Below, one piece after another: positions 23,612 through 35,653 of a stretch of 64,000 nucleotides of DNA; positions within the stretch are counted from its first letter, which is position 1, and the number at the start of each line of letters is the position of its first letter. The notes beneath the pieces are model-generated. The model was given only the letters and a program-made list of their open reading frames with translations. It was not told the DNA's origin and searched no databases. The position numbers and the translations under genes are program-made. This stretch comes from Schizochytrium sp. TIO01 (Eukaryota; Protista; Bigyra: Labyrinthulomycetes), in NCBI GenBank assembly GCA_004764695.1, contig SMSO01000004.1:1302001-1366000 (forward strand), read 5' to 3'.

Positions 23612-24525
23612 GGGCGAACTAATTCATCAATTCTTTCATCTTATCCTCCACTTCTCGCATCTCATATTCAAAGAATCACACCACTACCATTAGTGTTAGC
23701 CCACTACTAGAGCTCCAACCCGTGCTACCATTAGGAGTTCTCTACCAATCGATAGCACTCACCTTGGAGAGGGAAGGTCCCATCAGGTAGCAGTTACTTA
23801 GGCACCTATAGCACACCCTGGCCTCGGGTCCTCTATTTGGGTGGCCACGATTCTCCATCCTTGCTCCTAGCACATACTATGTATGCGTCAGGACATTTAG
23901 CTCCAGACCTTTCTATCGCATGTATTTCTCCTTCCCTGGCCGTCTTTGAAGCATGCAATCACTCAGGCTGCTGAGCTTGCTCTCCGCGCGTGGGCTTTCG
24001 CACCCCAAGTTCTCTACCTCACGGGCCAAGTTTCCCTTTGCCCATCGATACAGCAATTAATTCTTCATCTCCAAACTTCATTCAACTCCTTCAACTCCAC
24101 CACTTCTTCTCACTCGCTGCGCCCTCTCCTCAAGTAGACTATCTGCATTCTCTACTGTGCACAGCTTTTACAAAGTAGACTACAGGTGCCGCAAGTGAGT
24201 TATAGCCTATAGCCTACAGTACTGTGGAAACGCTGGCCGTCTGCTGCCTGCCCCAGGAGTTGCTCGCGATGGTTTCGCGCTTAAGGAGGTTCTGAGGCGG
24301 GATTAAGGTGGAGAGCATCTTAGGAGAAGAGCAGCGAGGTCGGCGACAGCGATAGCGAGAAGGGCTTTGGGCGAGCGAGCAGAGCAGCTAGAGACACCGC
24401 GGGTATTGTGGAGTGTCCTGAGGTAGCAGCGCGGGCTGCTTCTCTGAGTTTCTTTCCGTACCGTCAAGATCTGTGCAAGGGTTGGGTCGATTTCAGGTTT
24501 GAGTTTAGAAGGCTTAATTTGAAGA

Positions 24526-24960
24526 ATGTCCACTGGAGCCTACCACCTTGCCGCCCTTGTGGCGCGCGCGAACAAGAGCGGCGCTAAGCCAGGACGCGCT
24601 CAGAGGGCAATTTATGCTGGAAAGACTATTCAGTTTGGTAACAAGGTCAGCCATGCTCAGAACCGGACCCGGCGCAAGTGGAACCCGAATGTGCAGCGCA
24701 CCACGCTCGAGAGCGAGCTCCTCGGAGAGAAGATGCAGCTTCGTCTCACTACGCACGCACTCCGGTGCATCAAGAAGGCAGGCAGCCTTGACCATTTCCT
24801 CATCACCATGCCTCACCTCTGCAAGGACTCCCAGCTAGCCATGGGGCTTCGCGAGAAGGTCCTCGAGGTGCTCCAGGAGAAGGGCGTTTCGCCTGCCCAG
24901 GCTCGGGCCAACATCCTCGAGCACGCATCCCCCGTAGCACCTGAGAACAAATCTGCTTGA
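24526..24960 (+). CDS. Mitochondrial ribosomal protein bL28m (L28 family; yeast MRPL24-like)
   Basis: RAQRAIYAGKTIQFGNKVSHAQNRTRRKWNPNVQ..LESELLG..LRLTTHALRCIKKAGSLDHFL. Confidence 0.93.
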   Translation: MSTGAYHLAALVARANKSGAKPGRAQRAIYAGKTIQFGNKVSHAQNRTRRKWNPNVQRTTLESELLGEKMQLRLTTHALRCIKKAGSLDHFLITMPHLCKDSQLAMGLREKVLEVLQEKGVSPAQARANILEHASPVAPENKSA

Positions 24961-25516
24961 ATATGATCAGAGATAGAGGCTGGGATAATGATGGAAGGCT
25001 TGAGGGCTTGGAGTCTTTGGTTTTTTTAGTTTCTTGAAGTTTGTGGATTTCGTAAAGGTCATAGATTTCTGGAGTTCTTTAAGTATCATTGTCTTACAGC
25101 ATCGAAATCTCGGAGCTTGGACCGAGGAGGGAATGACTGCAAGATCTCGAGGACGCGACGAGTGTCAGAGACGAGGAAGGCGCGCACGCATTAACACATG
25201 AACAAGTTCATGCGTACATTTCCTTGTCTGCAGTGCACGGAAAGGGCCTATGGCGAGGCCAAATATTAGATTAAACCACCATGCAAACATATCAGCATCC
25301 TTTAAAATACAAAACCAAAAAAATTACGAACTCTTTATTTTCGCTTGTTCGCTTAATGTAGCTACATTGAGCGAGTGGTAACTATACCTACTCTTTGCGT
25401 GCACCATGGCTTTTGTTTTTGGGGGTGGAGCTAAGCTGCTACTGTAACATACAATGCATAAGATTTTTTCCCATCTTTAAAGCAGCAACCAGAAGTGAAA
25501 GCATATGAAAGCAAAA

Positions 25517-27169
25517 TCAACTAGATACATTTTGAGGTTTCTGATAAATCTTAGAAATATTTGCATGAAGTTCCCCACACGTTTCGACGAGAGTTCGGCG
25601 CTCATCAGATGACATGCGTGCACATAATCGCTCATACATTTCATACTGCTCCTGTGCATGCTCTCGCTCCCCCATGTTGTGAAGAGTGGCAGCATAGTTC
25701 AGGTAGCAGATAGGATCATCCGCATCTAGCTGGAGGGCCTTATCATAAGCTGCTATTGAACTCTCCGCATCACCAAGCCGCGCAAGTACTATAGCCAAAT
25801 ACATGTACGATGGTGCATAAGCAGGCTTGAGGTTAATTGACGTACTCAAATAATGAAATGCGGAGGCGTTCTGCCCGGAATGCATGAAAACAAGCCCGAG
25901 ATTATGAGCAGTAATCCATTGAAAAGGATCAAGATAGAGCGAGCGCTTCAGACAAGCCACTGCAGCTACATAACGCTGCCTACCAAAAAAGCACATGCCA
26001 ATGTTATTCCAAAGCTGAGCAGAGTTTGGCGTCTTAATAGCGGCCACACGATACTTAATCAAAGCCACATCCATGTCGCCATGGTCCTGAATAACTGAAC
26101 CAGCAGCAAGGATCGACTTTGCGTTACACGCATCATGTGTCAAAGAGTTACCTAGATGTTCAAAAGCCTTAAAGTTTTCTCCATCACGAAGGTACAAAAG
26201 ACCAAGTGTGGTCAGTAATTCTGGGTTCTCTGGCGAAAACTCTAATGCCTCAATGTAGACTTCAATAGCTTGCTTAATATCCCCAGTAGCTGTATGAATC
26301 TTTCCCATTTCGATAAAGGTAATATCATGTCTCTGTATACTGTTAGCATTCTGAAAGGCCTCCAAGGCCTTGTCATACTCCTTCAGAAACATATAGCACA
26401 CGCCCTTATTGTGGAAGATCTCCCAGTCTTCATGCTTAGAGCACAACGCTGCCTCGTCAAAAACATCGATTGAAGCTTTGTGTTTACCTAACAAGAATAA
26501 GCACCGCCCTACCTGGCGAAGGTTGTCATGATTACTTGGATTTAAAAGTGTTGCTGCCTGGAAAAGTTCAAGAGCTTCCTGAACTTTACCTTGCGAACGG
26601 TAAATCAAACCTTTCACATAAAGAGCATACTCGCACATACCATCGCAAGACTTCAGCTGAGTCTCAATGAGACGCAAACATTCAGGGTGTTCACCTCGAG
26701 AATAAAGAAGATTGATAAGCCAATTCACACGCTGGCGGCCTCTGGCTCGCCCATTCCCCATACTTTTCTTGTGCTTCACAGCAGAGCTCCCATTAATGCT
26801 AGAACTATTTGATAAACCCGATGAACCAGTGGAAACATCTTGTTCTGATTCTGCTTTGGCGGGCACGCCGCCAGATACGAGCATATCCTGCGAATTTGCG
26901 GAGTCGATTGCACTGTCAGTATCTTGGTTGGAGGTTAAAGGTGACGCCGGGTGAGGTGTTTCATCCGATTCTTTACCTTCTTTAGTGGAGGATGCCGAGG
27001 ATGTGATTGACGCAAGAGCTTCCTTCGCTTTTTGGATTCGACTCATCTTTGGTGCGACATCACCCGCGTTGGAGCTAGGCTTTGAAACCTTGCGGCGTAG
27101 CATAGAGCTCAAACCTCCACCCTTGGCCTTTGCAGGGGCATTTTGCACGTCCCCATTTTTTGCCTCCAT
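25517..27169 (-). CDS. BBS4: BBSome subunit BBS4 with a low-complexity N-terminal extension
   Basis: NWLINLLYSR, EYALYVKGLIYRSQGKVQEALELFQ, DWEIFHNKGVC, SPENPELLTTLGLLYL, SILAAGSVIQDHGDMDVALIKYR, QLWNNIGMCFFG, LDPFQW...HNLGLV; ATG at 27169. Confidence 0.95.
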   Translation of the reverse strand: MEAKNGDVQNAPAKAKGGGLSSMLRRKVSKPSSNAGDVAPKMSRIQKAKEALASITSSASSTKEGKESDETPHPASPLTSNQDTDSAIDSANSQDMLVSGGVPAKAESEQDVSTGSSGLSNSSSINGSSAVKHKKSMGNGRARGRQRVNWLINLLYSRGEHPECLRLIETQLKSCDGMCEYALYVKGLIYRSQGKVQEALELFQAATLLNPSNHDNLRQVGRCLFLLGKHKASIDVFDEAALCSKHEDWEIFHNKGVCYMFLKEYDKALEAFQNANSIQRHDITFIEMGKIHTATGDIKQAIEVYIEALEFSPENPELLTTLGLLYLRDGENFKAFEHLGNSLTHDACNAKSILAAGSVIQDHGDMDVALIKYRVAAIKTPNSAQLWNNIGMCFFGRQRYVAAVACLKRSLYLDPFQWITAHNLGLVFMHSGQNASAFHYLSTSINLKPAYAPSYMYLAIVLARLGDAESSIAAYDKALQLDADDPICYLNYAATLHNMGEREHAQEQYEMYERLCARMSSDERRTLVETCGELHANISKIYQKPQNVSS

Positions 27170-28777
27170 GATGCAACGATTCCTGAGAAGCACTCTGCGA
27201 ATTAATCAGATACTTCTCCTAGTACTGTGTTGTGACGCCTTCTCGCTGCCTCGCCCGCCAGCGAAAAGTTTGCCTACGTCTTGGCAATTCTCTGCACCTG
27301 TCCTATTTTTTTTAAAACTGCTTGCAAATACAACTTCTGTATGTGCGCTGGTTCCTATAACCATAATACCTATGCATCGTACTACTTTGAACTGAAGGCA
27401 ACTTTTTCGATCCGCTATCTCATTGGAGCCATCTATTAACTTTTTGCCTTTTGCATATACGTAACGGCAACATTAGTGAAATAAATCACCCCATACCCCC
27501 TCCCTACTCCAATAAAAGCATGAGAAATACACCGGCAAAACTTTAAATAAACTGAAATAACATGTTGTATAATTTATAAATAAGTTCTACAATATACCCT
27601 AGGAGCTACAATTAATTTTGATTAATCCGACTGCTATCTCCATATGGTAGTTTTAGAATCAAGCGTCCGCGAGATAACGAGAATCAAAATAGTGCAGGAA
27701 TATCTGCTGAGAAAAGTCCAAGAAGTTCAAGGAATCGAGTGCTGTGATCTTCCCCCCTGTTGTCCCCATAATATCTTGAGCATTACGGGATACGTGAATA
27801 TCTCTGATTTGACACGGGGTAGAATTATCTGTATTCAATTTTCGAAGAAAAACTTCAGGAAAGCATCGGCATCGGCATTTCTTCATTATTATTATCAACA
27901 AGTTGATCAGGAGGTCAGTCTATTATCCGGACCCGACTCTTTAGTTTAGGAGTACGAGTCTGCGGGAAAGAGATGAAGCCAAGGAGAACAAAACGCACAG
28001 CTTGGCGAACGAGTTTATTAAAGCCTGGTTTCAGTTCGCTCCAGAAGGATGTGAATGACCAGAGCAATTTTGGTGAGTTTCGAAGATGGAGAAAACTCAC
28101 TGCGCAGGGACACTTAGCAGGGGGACAGAGGCGCAACCTTTTGCTGCTTATTCTGCAGCAAACCTGTTCTTCTTTCGCCAGCCTCCTTAGATCAAATGAA
28201 CACTAGGCCGTTCTAAGGCGGGACTGCTCCTACTTGGACTACTAGAGATAAAGATAGATGTGCGCTGAGACTCGCCTGAGGGTTTTTGCTGCTGTCTCAG
28301 CAGCAAAATATGATAGTGGCGATCTGAGAGCTCGAGTTTTTAATTTTGGAATTTAAAACAATTCAAAGACCAGAACATTGAAAACAGCTCTAGTTTTCCA
28401 ATCTCGATTTTGGCATTTGCTTCGCTCCTTCGTACACCCATACGATGTGGATATTCAAGCACAGTTTGTTGCAGGAGCTGTGAAGGATTAAGCTTATGGC
28501 AAGCCGAGCTTGGAAATTGGATAGAATTTAAGACAATTGAGACATATTCTCTAATCACTGACTCGGTAAGGGTGAAATGGAAGAAATAGAAGAGAGAACG
28601 GCGGCGAAGCTGACTCGGCAAACTTTGAACTTCATTACAATCAGCCTCGAGGACCTCGTCTTCGAGTCGAGGAAACTAGACTAGCATTTGTGCATCCCAG
28701 AGTCGAGTCGAGCAAAGAACAATAGCAGCACTGTCTGTCGCTGCTTGCTTTTCTTCCTAAGAGGCCACAACTGCTCC

Positions 28778-29656
28778 ATGATGCTTGCCGCCATGCTGCC
28801 CTCCACATCGCGCCGCGTCGCGTCCTTGAGCACTGCACTCGCCGCCCGCTCTCTCAGCGCCTTTGCTTCCACCTCTGTGGGCGTCTCCCCGTCTGCAATT
28901 TCAAAACCCGCTTTCACCTCGGCATCATCGTTGCAGATGCGCTGCGAGGACCTCTCTGAGCACAAGTCTGCTTGGCAGCTCGCGTGGTCTCGCGGCAAGA
29001 AGAAGAAGGCGGCTGCTCCGAGCAAGAAGCACCATGAGGAGGTCGTGCATGAGGCCACGGAAGGTGTAGAATTTGTGCACGGACACCCCGAATCCGAGCT
29101 CGCGAGCTTCGATATTGAGCCCTACCGCGAGCACATGGACCGCATCCTTTCTGGATTTGAGCATGAGCTTGCCAAGTTGCGCACGGGACGCCCCGACCCC
29201 TCTATGCTCGACCATCTTATGGTGGAAGCCTATGGATCCCAGACCCCGCTTAATGCCGTGGCACAGGGCACCATTCGGTCCTCCAAGCTTCTTGTGATTA
29301 ACGTGTTTGATCAGAGCTTGGCGCCTGCCGTGTGCAATGCCATCCGTACAGCAAACCTGAACCTGAACCCGTCTGTGGAGGGTGCACAGATTAATGTGCC
29401 TTTGCCCAAGATCACCAAGGAGTCCCGCGAGGCCACTGCTCGAATTGCTATGGACATGCACGAGAAGACCAAGAATGCCGTTAACAATGTGCGCCACAAT
29501 GCTATGAAGCTCCTCACCGACCTTAAGAAGAAGAAGACTCTTAGCGAGGACGAGCACTACGACGAAACTCAGATGGTTGAGGAGCTTACTAACGAGTTCA
29601 AAACTCGCGTCCATGACATGGCGGAGTTGCGCAAAAAGGAGATCATGGAGAACTAA
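28778..29656 (+). CDS. MRRF: Mitochondrial ribosome recycling factor
   Basis: Arg/Ser/Ala-rich transit peptide MMLAAMLPSTSRRVASLS; KLRTGRPDPSMLDHLMVEAYGSQTPLNAVA, NLNLNPSVEG..INVPLPKITKESRE, SEDE. Confidence 0.93.
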   Translation: MMLAAMLPSTSRRVASLSTALAARSLSAFASTSVGVSPSAISKPAFTSASSLQMRCEDLSEHKSAWQLAWSRGKKKKAAAPSKKHHEEVVHEATEGVEFVHGHPESELASFDIEPYREHMDRILSGFEHELAKLRTGRPDPSMLDHLMVEAYGSQTPLNAVAQGTIRSSKLLVINVFDQSLAPAVCNAIRTANLNLNPSVEGAQINVPLPKITKESREATARIAMDMHEKTKNAVNNVRHNAMKLLTDLKKKKTLSEDEHYDETQMVEELTNEFKTRVHDMAELRKKEIMEN

Positions 29657-30662
29657 TATCTTTGCACCTATTGCCTGGTTAAAATTCTACTTTGGTCTAC
29701 TCCCACTTCTTCAAGCCCGTACGTTTAAAAAAGTGAGCCTGTGGTAGTAGAATAGTTTTTTTTAATATTATCCTATTGACGAGCAATAAATTCGAAACCC
29801 CTCTTCCCAACCTTAATCTCCTATGAACAATTTGAAGCGTCTTTTACATGCTGAACACAGAACAGTTCAGCTGATGTTCGCAAGTTATTTCTTGCATATA
29901 ATGACTTTCATGGGGGGTTTAGCGCGCCCCACTTAATTTTGCTGCAAGGTGAACCTGTTACCAGGCTTATATTTTATACGTGGCTAGAATATTCCGAAAG
30001 CACCATGTTCTGGTCGATCCTATCTTGGCACATTTCTTATGAAGAGCCTGTATAACTTTTTCTTTCTTTTTGGTTAATTGAAAAAAAGGAAAACAATATG
30101 TATACAGGAGAAAAAAAGATAATGAAACTAATGATATCTTGCGATCTTTTTGGTGCTCGCCTTTTTAACAACCATAAATTATTCTCTTATCTTTCCCTGT
30201 GCAGTCTTCTGTGTGACTAATGATCAATGTCTTGATACACTTACAAAATGATAGAATACACGTTTTCTCAATAGACATTTCAGAAACATGTTTGTTCATA
30301 TATTCGATTTGTTACCGTCAGATTTTTTTCTTATGCTCAATAAAAATGAATAGATTGTACGAGAAAACGTTTGGGATCAAAGCCGCTTTGTGACCTCGTT
30401 CAGGGGAATTTGAAAAAAACAACCTGGAAGCACATATATATCCTCAAAGCACACGAGGATATTTTCTATTTGTATTAGAGGAAATACTAAATGAATGCTA
30501 AAAATTGTATGACTCAATTTAGAATATAACTAAAATCGACAGAAAACTAGCTGTAAAACCATGACAAAAAAATCATAGAAAGGTCGGTCCATTTAGCGTG
30601 AGTACAAGTTATCTTCAGATAGACTCAGGCGCATGCAGAGACCGGACAGGGTACACAACATC

Positions 30663-33600
30663 CTAATGACGTAGCTGACGTTTCTCTTGACGTGCAATAC
30701 GATCGCGAACTTTCTTTACGGTTGAATTGAAGTCGGTTGTAAAACTAAGCAGCTGCTTAAACAAGTCTTCTGGAGGCATGGCCTTAGGGTTTTCCCCAAC
30801 ATAAGAACACAAGCTTGCATAGGCCTCTTCCATACCCTTAAAGTCCTGTGATATTTGGTCTGCTTTAGGCTTGGCTTGACGTAGAAAGGGTTCAGCTACA
30901 TTTGTGAACTCTTCATCATCGCCTGCTTTTGCAGCTGCCTTACTGGCATGCTCGACTGCAGCTAGACTCGAGCTAAGCTTGTTTACGTCTGCAGACAAGG
31001 TTTGCATGCTGCAACGTGAGGATTCTAATAAATCAGGAAAATCATCTGCGAATTCAAGCACATGCGGATCCTTCTTTTCCAAATGTTCTACAATATATTG
31101 TAATAATGTAGTGTTTTGGTTTGATTTGGTTTGGCTCAACTTCACCAAGGAAGCAAGACGTACTCCTTGAGCCTCTCCCTTCTCAGTTCCTTTATTAAGT
31201 TCATTACCAACCTTGAGAATGATGCTCAAAAGACGTGCAAAACGAGTTGACTCACGCACTCGATTGCTAGTTGTGCGAACAAGCTCCGTACGCCTGTTTG
31301 CATCAAGCGCAAGCTCATCAAACTCGGAGATAACTGACAAAGTCTTTATACGCTGAGAAAGCCGTGGGACACTGCCAATTGCGTCCACAAAACACTCAGC
31401 TGGTCCTAGCAAACTCCGATCGCCACCTGAATCGACAAAGCCTTGTACAGCCTCAGACTCATCGCCCTGCGGTAAAAACTCTTGTAAAGAAGCCAACGCG
31501 TTTGGCCCAAACTTTGAGAGATCCATTTCCCGCAGCGCCGCGCCAACTTCATATAGCTCCCGGCCACCCTTCATAAGAGTTTTTGCAAATATACTCATGT
31601 TTTGCCGACGCTTTGGATCAGCAAGAAGGATAACTTCCTTCGGTTTTGCACTGGCAGGGTTATCTCCATTGCTGGAAAGTGTCTTTGCAGCAGCTTTATT
31701 TGAAAATTCGGCTTTCAGGTCTTCAAAGACATCTGCAAGCTCAATGTCGTCACTGTCTACACCACTATCCCAAATTGTGCCTTCTGTATCTTCCAGAACA
31801 TCCCAATGCACGCGTTTAGTGTCTGACTTGGGACCAAGGGGTTTCTTCTTCTTCATTAGTTTCGCAGCGGGAGCTAAAACCTTGGAAGAAGCAACAGGTT
31901 TGGAAGATGAATCATTAGTGGCTTTACTAGACGTCTGAGCTTTCTTAGCCTCCTCTTCTTCTCGTCGTTTTGCTGCTGCGGCCTCTTTACGCTCAGTTTC
32001 ACGTTTATCTAGCAACATGGGAATCATGCCAAACGAAGTGAAGACCTCAATATCATGCGCCTTCCATAGCTCCTCACCACTTAATTCGACGACCTTGGCG
32101 CGTCGATTTCCAGAAACAAGTGACCCGCCATTCATAAGGGTACTGACGCCACCAACCCCTGAGCCCTGCGCACCAGGAGATCCCTGAGACCCAGCTGCTG
32201 CTAAACCAGACCTCACTAGAGCTCCTGGATGAAGAGTTGATATAGGCTGATGTTCACCAGATGGTGATTTTCCGGGAACTCGATCAATACCACCACTACC
32301 ACCTATATTATGTTCTCCTTTTGGACCACGAGTAAGGTTGTTCGGGATTGTTTGCACAGGACCAGATGATGAGATGTCATCTTCGCCATCTCCGTAGGAT
32401 AAATTGAAGCCTCCCGCATTCCCGCCTCCATACCCATACCCATCCCCGTAGCCTTGACTATAATAACCACCGTTTTTTGATGCAGACACGTTCCCTCCTT
32501 CTACTTTGCCAGTGCCACCACTAGCTCCACCTCCAACTTTTCCTGATACTCCATCATTCCCAGGTGAGGAGCCGTTTGGACGAATAACATAGTTGTCAAA
32601 AAAGTCAAAAAGGCTGTTTGTTGAAACCTTGGTCATGCCACTGCCGGTCCCAGACTGCCTATGAGAACTGATACCTTTATCATTACGTACTTGGTGTTGA
32701 CCCTCCTGAGCTACAATAATATTGTCCCTGTGTTCGGAGTTTCCACTTGAAAACGTACTTGACTTCCGCAATTGGGAGAAGGAGTCAACATGCTCTGGTC
32801 TCAAAGAAGTCCTTGATGTAGATGTGAAATCAAAACGACCACGAGGGATATGTGGGACTGCTGAAGATCTAGTGTCTCTGGCTGCCCCTTGGTCCTGTAA
32901 CTCTGATGCATGCTTTGTCTCCAAATCATTTTGACTTTTTTGCAGCGATGCGGTCCAGCTTGTTTGCTTGAGCGCCTGCTTATCAACATCTTCATTCCAG
33001 GTTAATCGAGGTGATACAGGTCGGGTGGTTTCTGATCTGGTAGGCAATGACTCACCACCCGAAGTAACGCCCGTGGGGAGAGTCTTGCCTATAGATACTG
33101 ACTCAGGACGTACAATAGAGATAGCATCATGGCCACTTGCAAGTGGGGAAACAGGAAAGGGGTACTCTGCTTGCAATGAAGCCTTACGATCCTCCTTTGA
33201 CGCTATTGAAGCCTCGATAGACGTTGAAGAACGACCATGTAAACGGAAAATGCTGCGCTTGGCACCTGGGTAAGCCTCTAAATCATTTTTGGGGTTCCTG
33301 CTGATCTCTCGGCTCTCCCCACGCGCATTCCTCGAGGGCTGCTTCACCCGAGCATGGCGCATTAGCAAATCTTGCTCTTCAAGGTTTTCCATCAGTTGCT
33401 CTGTTTCATGAGGGAATCGAGGTGCAAAGCGTGCATGCAACTCCTGCGCCGTGACGCTTCCATGCACATTGAGGGTTTGCATTACACGAGATTGGAAGCT
33501 CATAGAAGGTGCATCATACATTTGCTGCATACGATCCAGTGTTCTTTGCACAAGAAAACGATCAAAGCGAACAGTAGCATCAGCAAAACTTGGCTGTCCA

Positions 33601-35653
33601 AATGAATGTTCAGAAGAACCCAAGCGAGATCTCCGTGAAGAATCCATATCAGGTGGCGGACCCAACGGTGCGTGCATTTCACTCAAGCCATCAAAATCGC
33701 TTTCTTCATCAATGTCAATACCATCTGGGCTTGCAAGTTCATAAACATCTCCACGGGCACGTGCTGTGCGAACTGTATTAAGAAGATTTAGTGCCTCAGA
33801 TGTGTCAGGATGGTTCTTACCAACAGCAGAGCGACGTGTCGCATAGGATCTTTCACAAAGTTCGTGCGCCGCGCCAAGGTTTCCAAGCTCATATTCTGTG
33901 AAACCAAGACTTAATTCGACTTCTGCGGCTTCAAGACTTTGTGCTCCGAAAAGAAGCTCACGTGTTTGGCGAGCTAAGGCGAACTCGCGTCTTGCCTCGG
34001 CCAGTTGTCCATCTAGACGCAATAGTAACCCCAGATTATATCGGCTATCGGCAGTGAAACGATGGTTAACGCCTAATTGCTCCGCTCGGATGACCAGGGC
34101 TCGACGGCAGAAGTCAATAGCCTCTTCATACTGTCCTCGATGAGTATAAAAGGCTGAAATGATATTGTAACAGTCACTGGTGGCAACGTGATTTGTGCCA
34201 AACAGAGCTTCAGTTTTCCGCATATACTCTGCATATCTAACTCTTGCCTGCTCATATTCACCTGCGACCATATACAATTCTGCAAGCATTGAGTAAAGCG
34301 CTGCATTGGTTGATTCGTCCTCGTAGGGCTCAACACGTACATGTTTTTCGCACTGTCGTAAATAGAAGCGAGCCTCAGAAACATCACCAAGCTTCAGATA
34401 AGCTCGAGTTAATATCATACACTCTGCACAAACATTTTTCAATGCAATTCTTGTTAGTCAAATCAGATTTGCACACGTTGGTTTACCATGTCATGAAATG
34501 TGTGTCATCTCCCCAAAAATTTGTTTTTCATCTAGAGAGTGTTGTATCTTGATTGCACCAGAAAGGAAATAAATATGCTCTGATCTGTTTGATGATGTTG
34601 AAGATTGAGAGTCGTCATTTCACATTCCAAGTAGACTCTATGGAATATCAAGAGCTACTCAACCAAGCGACCGTTCCCAGCCAACCATACGAGCAGCGCA
34701 TGATACACATACGAGAGAATGATCTTGGAAAGAGAAAATCCAGAAACGTGGCGTCTCGCAGGAGACCCGAATGTAGAAACAGCAACCATGTCTCCAGCCT
34801 TGTCTTGTAATACTAGCCCCCCGCTACACATTTCTACATTTCCAAGTGAATGCAAAAAAGTTGCAGCCATTGAGCCCGAGAAACGTGACGCAAAGAAAGG
34901 CTGTAAACAACCGAAGACGCGCGTGCGCGTATGCGGTGTATTAGGTTAGGGAGACGCAAAAAGTAAAGTCTTTGCGCCGCTATGCGTTGGGGCCATTAGT
35001 ATATAACAAAGCTGGTGACTAGAGAGAGTCTCCACTTTCGATTCAAGGAGATGTTCAAACTCTCCTTCAACTCCACGTAGATCAATAAGTTTTCGTCATT
35101 GCATATGAATCTCGTTTTCTAGGTACACTAAACTCTTAAAAAAAAAACAAAAAAAATCTGCCCAGTCGTATTAAATAGTTGCGCTCACCGAACACACCGT
35201 TTTCTTCGATCTGACCTCTGTGCTCATAAACTTACCTGGGAGCATCTCGCTTGTGGCCCCAAGACCCTGGGTCTCCATTATGTGTACACTTTCAAGCGCC
35301 TTTGTTACCGACGCCCGAGCATTTCCGCGCGCAAGATTTTGGACACTTTCGCTACGAAGTGAGTCCCGTTTTTCTATTGGGTTCGAGTTCTCTCTCGACA
35401 AAATCAATTTACCCTTTGGAATTCCTGAGCGAGATTTCATTCCCCTAGTATTCCTTTTTTGCGAGGACCTTTGCACAACGCCATCGCCATAAAGGTATTG
35501 TGTTGGCAGAAGTCTTGCCATCGTGGCAACAGAGTCCTCTTTGACAACAAGGTCTCTATGGCGCACGGGTGCATTTCTGCTGGGCACAATTTCAAGGCCA
35601 GAGCTCCCTTGACGAGAGGCTTCGCGCGGCCACTCATACGAACTTTCTGCCAT
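30663..35653 (-). CDS. TPR-domain formin (N-terminal kinesin-light-chain-type TPRs, C-terminal FH2); 2 exons, 35653-35236 and 34423-30663; ~1392 aa
   Basis: FH2 motifs KRVHWDVL..GTIW, DPKRRQNMSI, LKVGNELNKGTEKGEAQGVRLASLVKLSQTKS..TTLLQYI, YVGENPK; TPRs HVATSDCYNIIS..GQYEEAIDFCRRAL, HRFTADSRYNLG; splicing gives the in-frame junction ..EMLP-E-CMILTRAY.. Confidence 0.88.
34424..35235 (-). other. 812-nt phase-1 spliceosomal intron in the formin gene
   Basis: Donor CAG|GTAAGT at 35236/35235; branch point TGACTAAC at 34460-34453; acceptor GTGCAG| ending at 34424; exon lengths 418 + 3761 nt preserve the frame. Confidence 0.85.

Noticed and set aside
27640-28210. Short ORFs between BBS4 and RRF (and at 47793-48068, 49043-49354)
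   Set aside because: Fragmentary, with stops and no recognisable family; possibly relics, but not supportable as genes.
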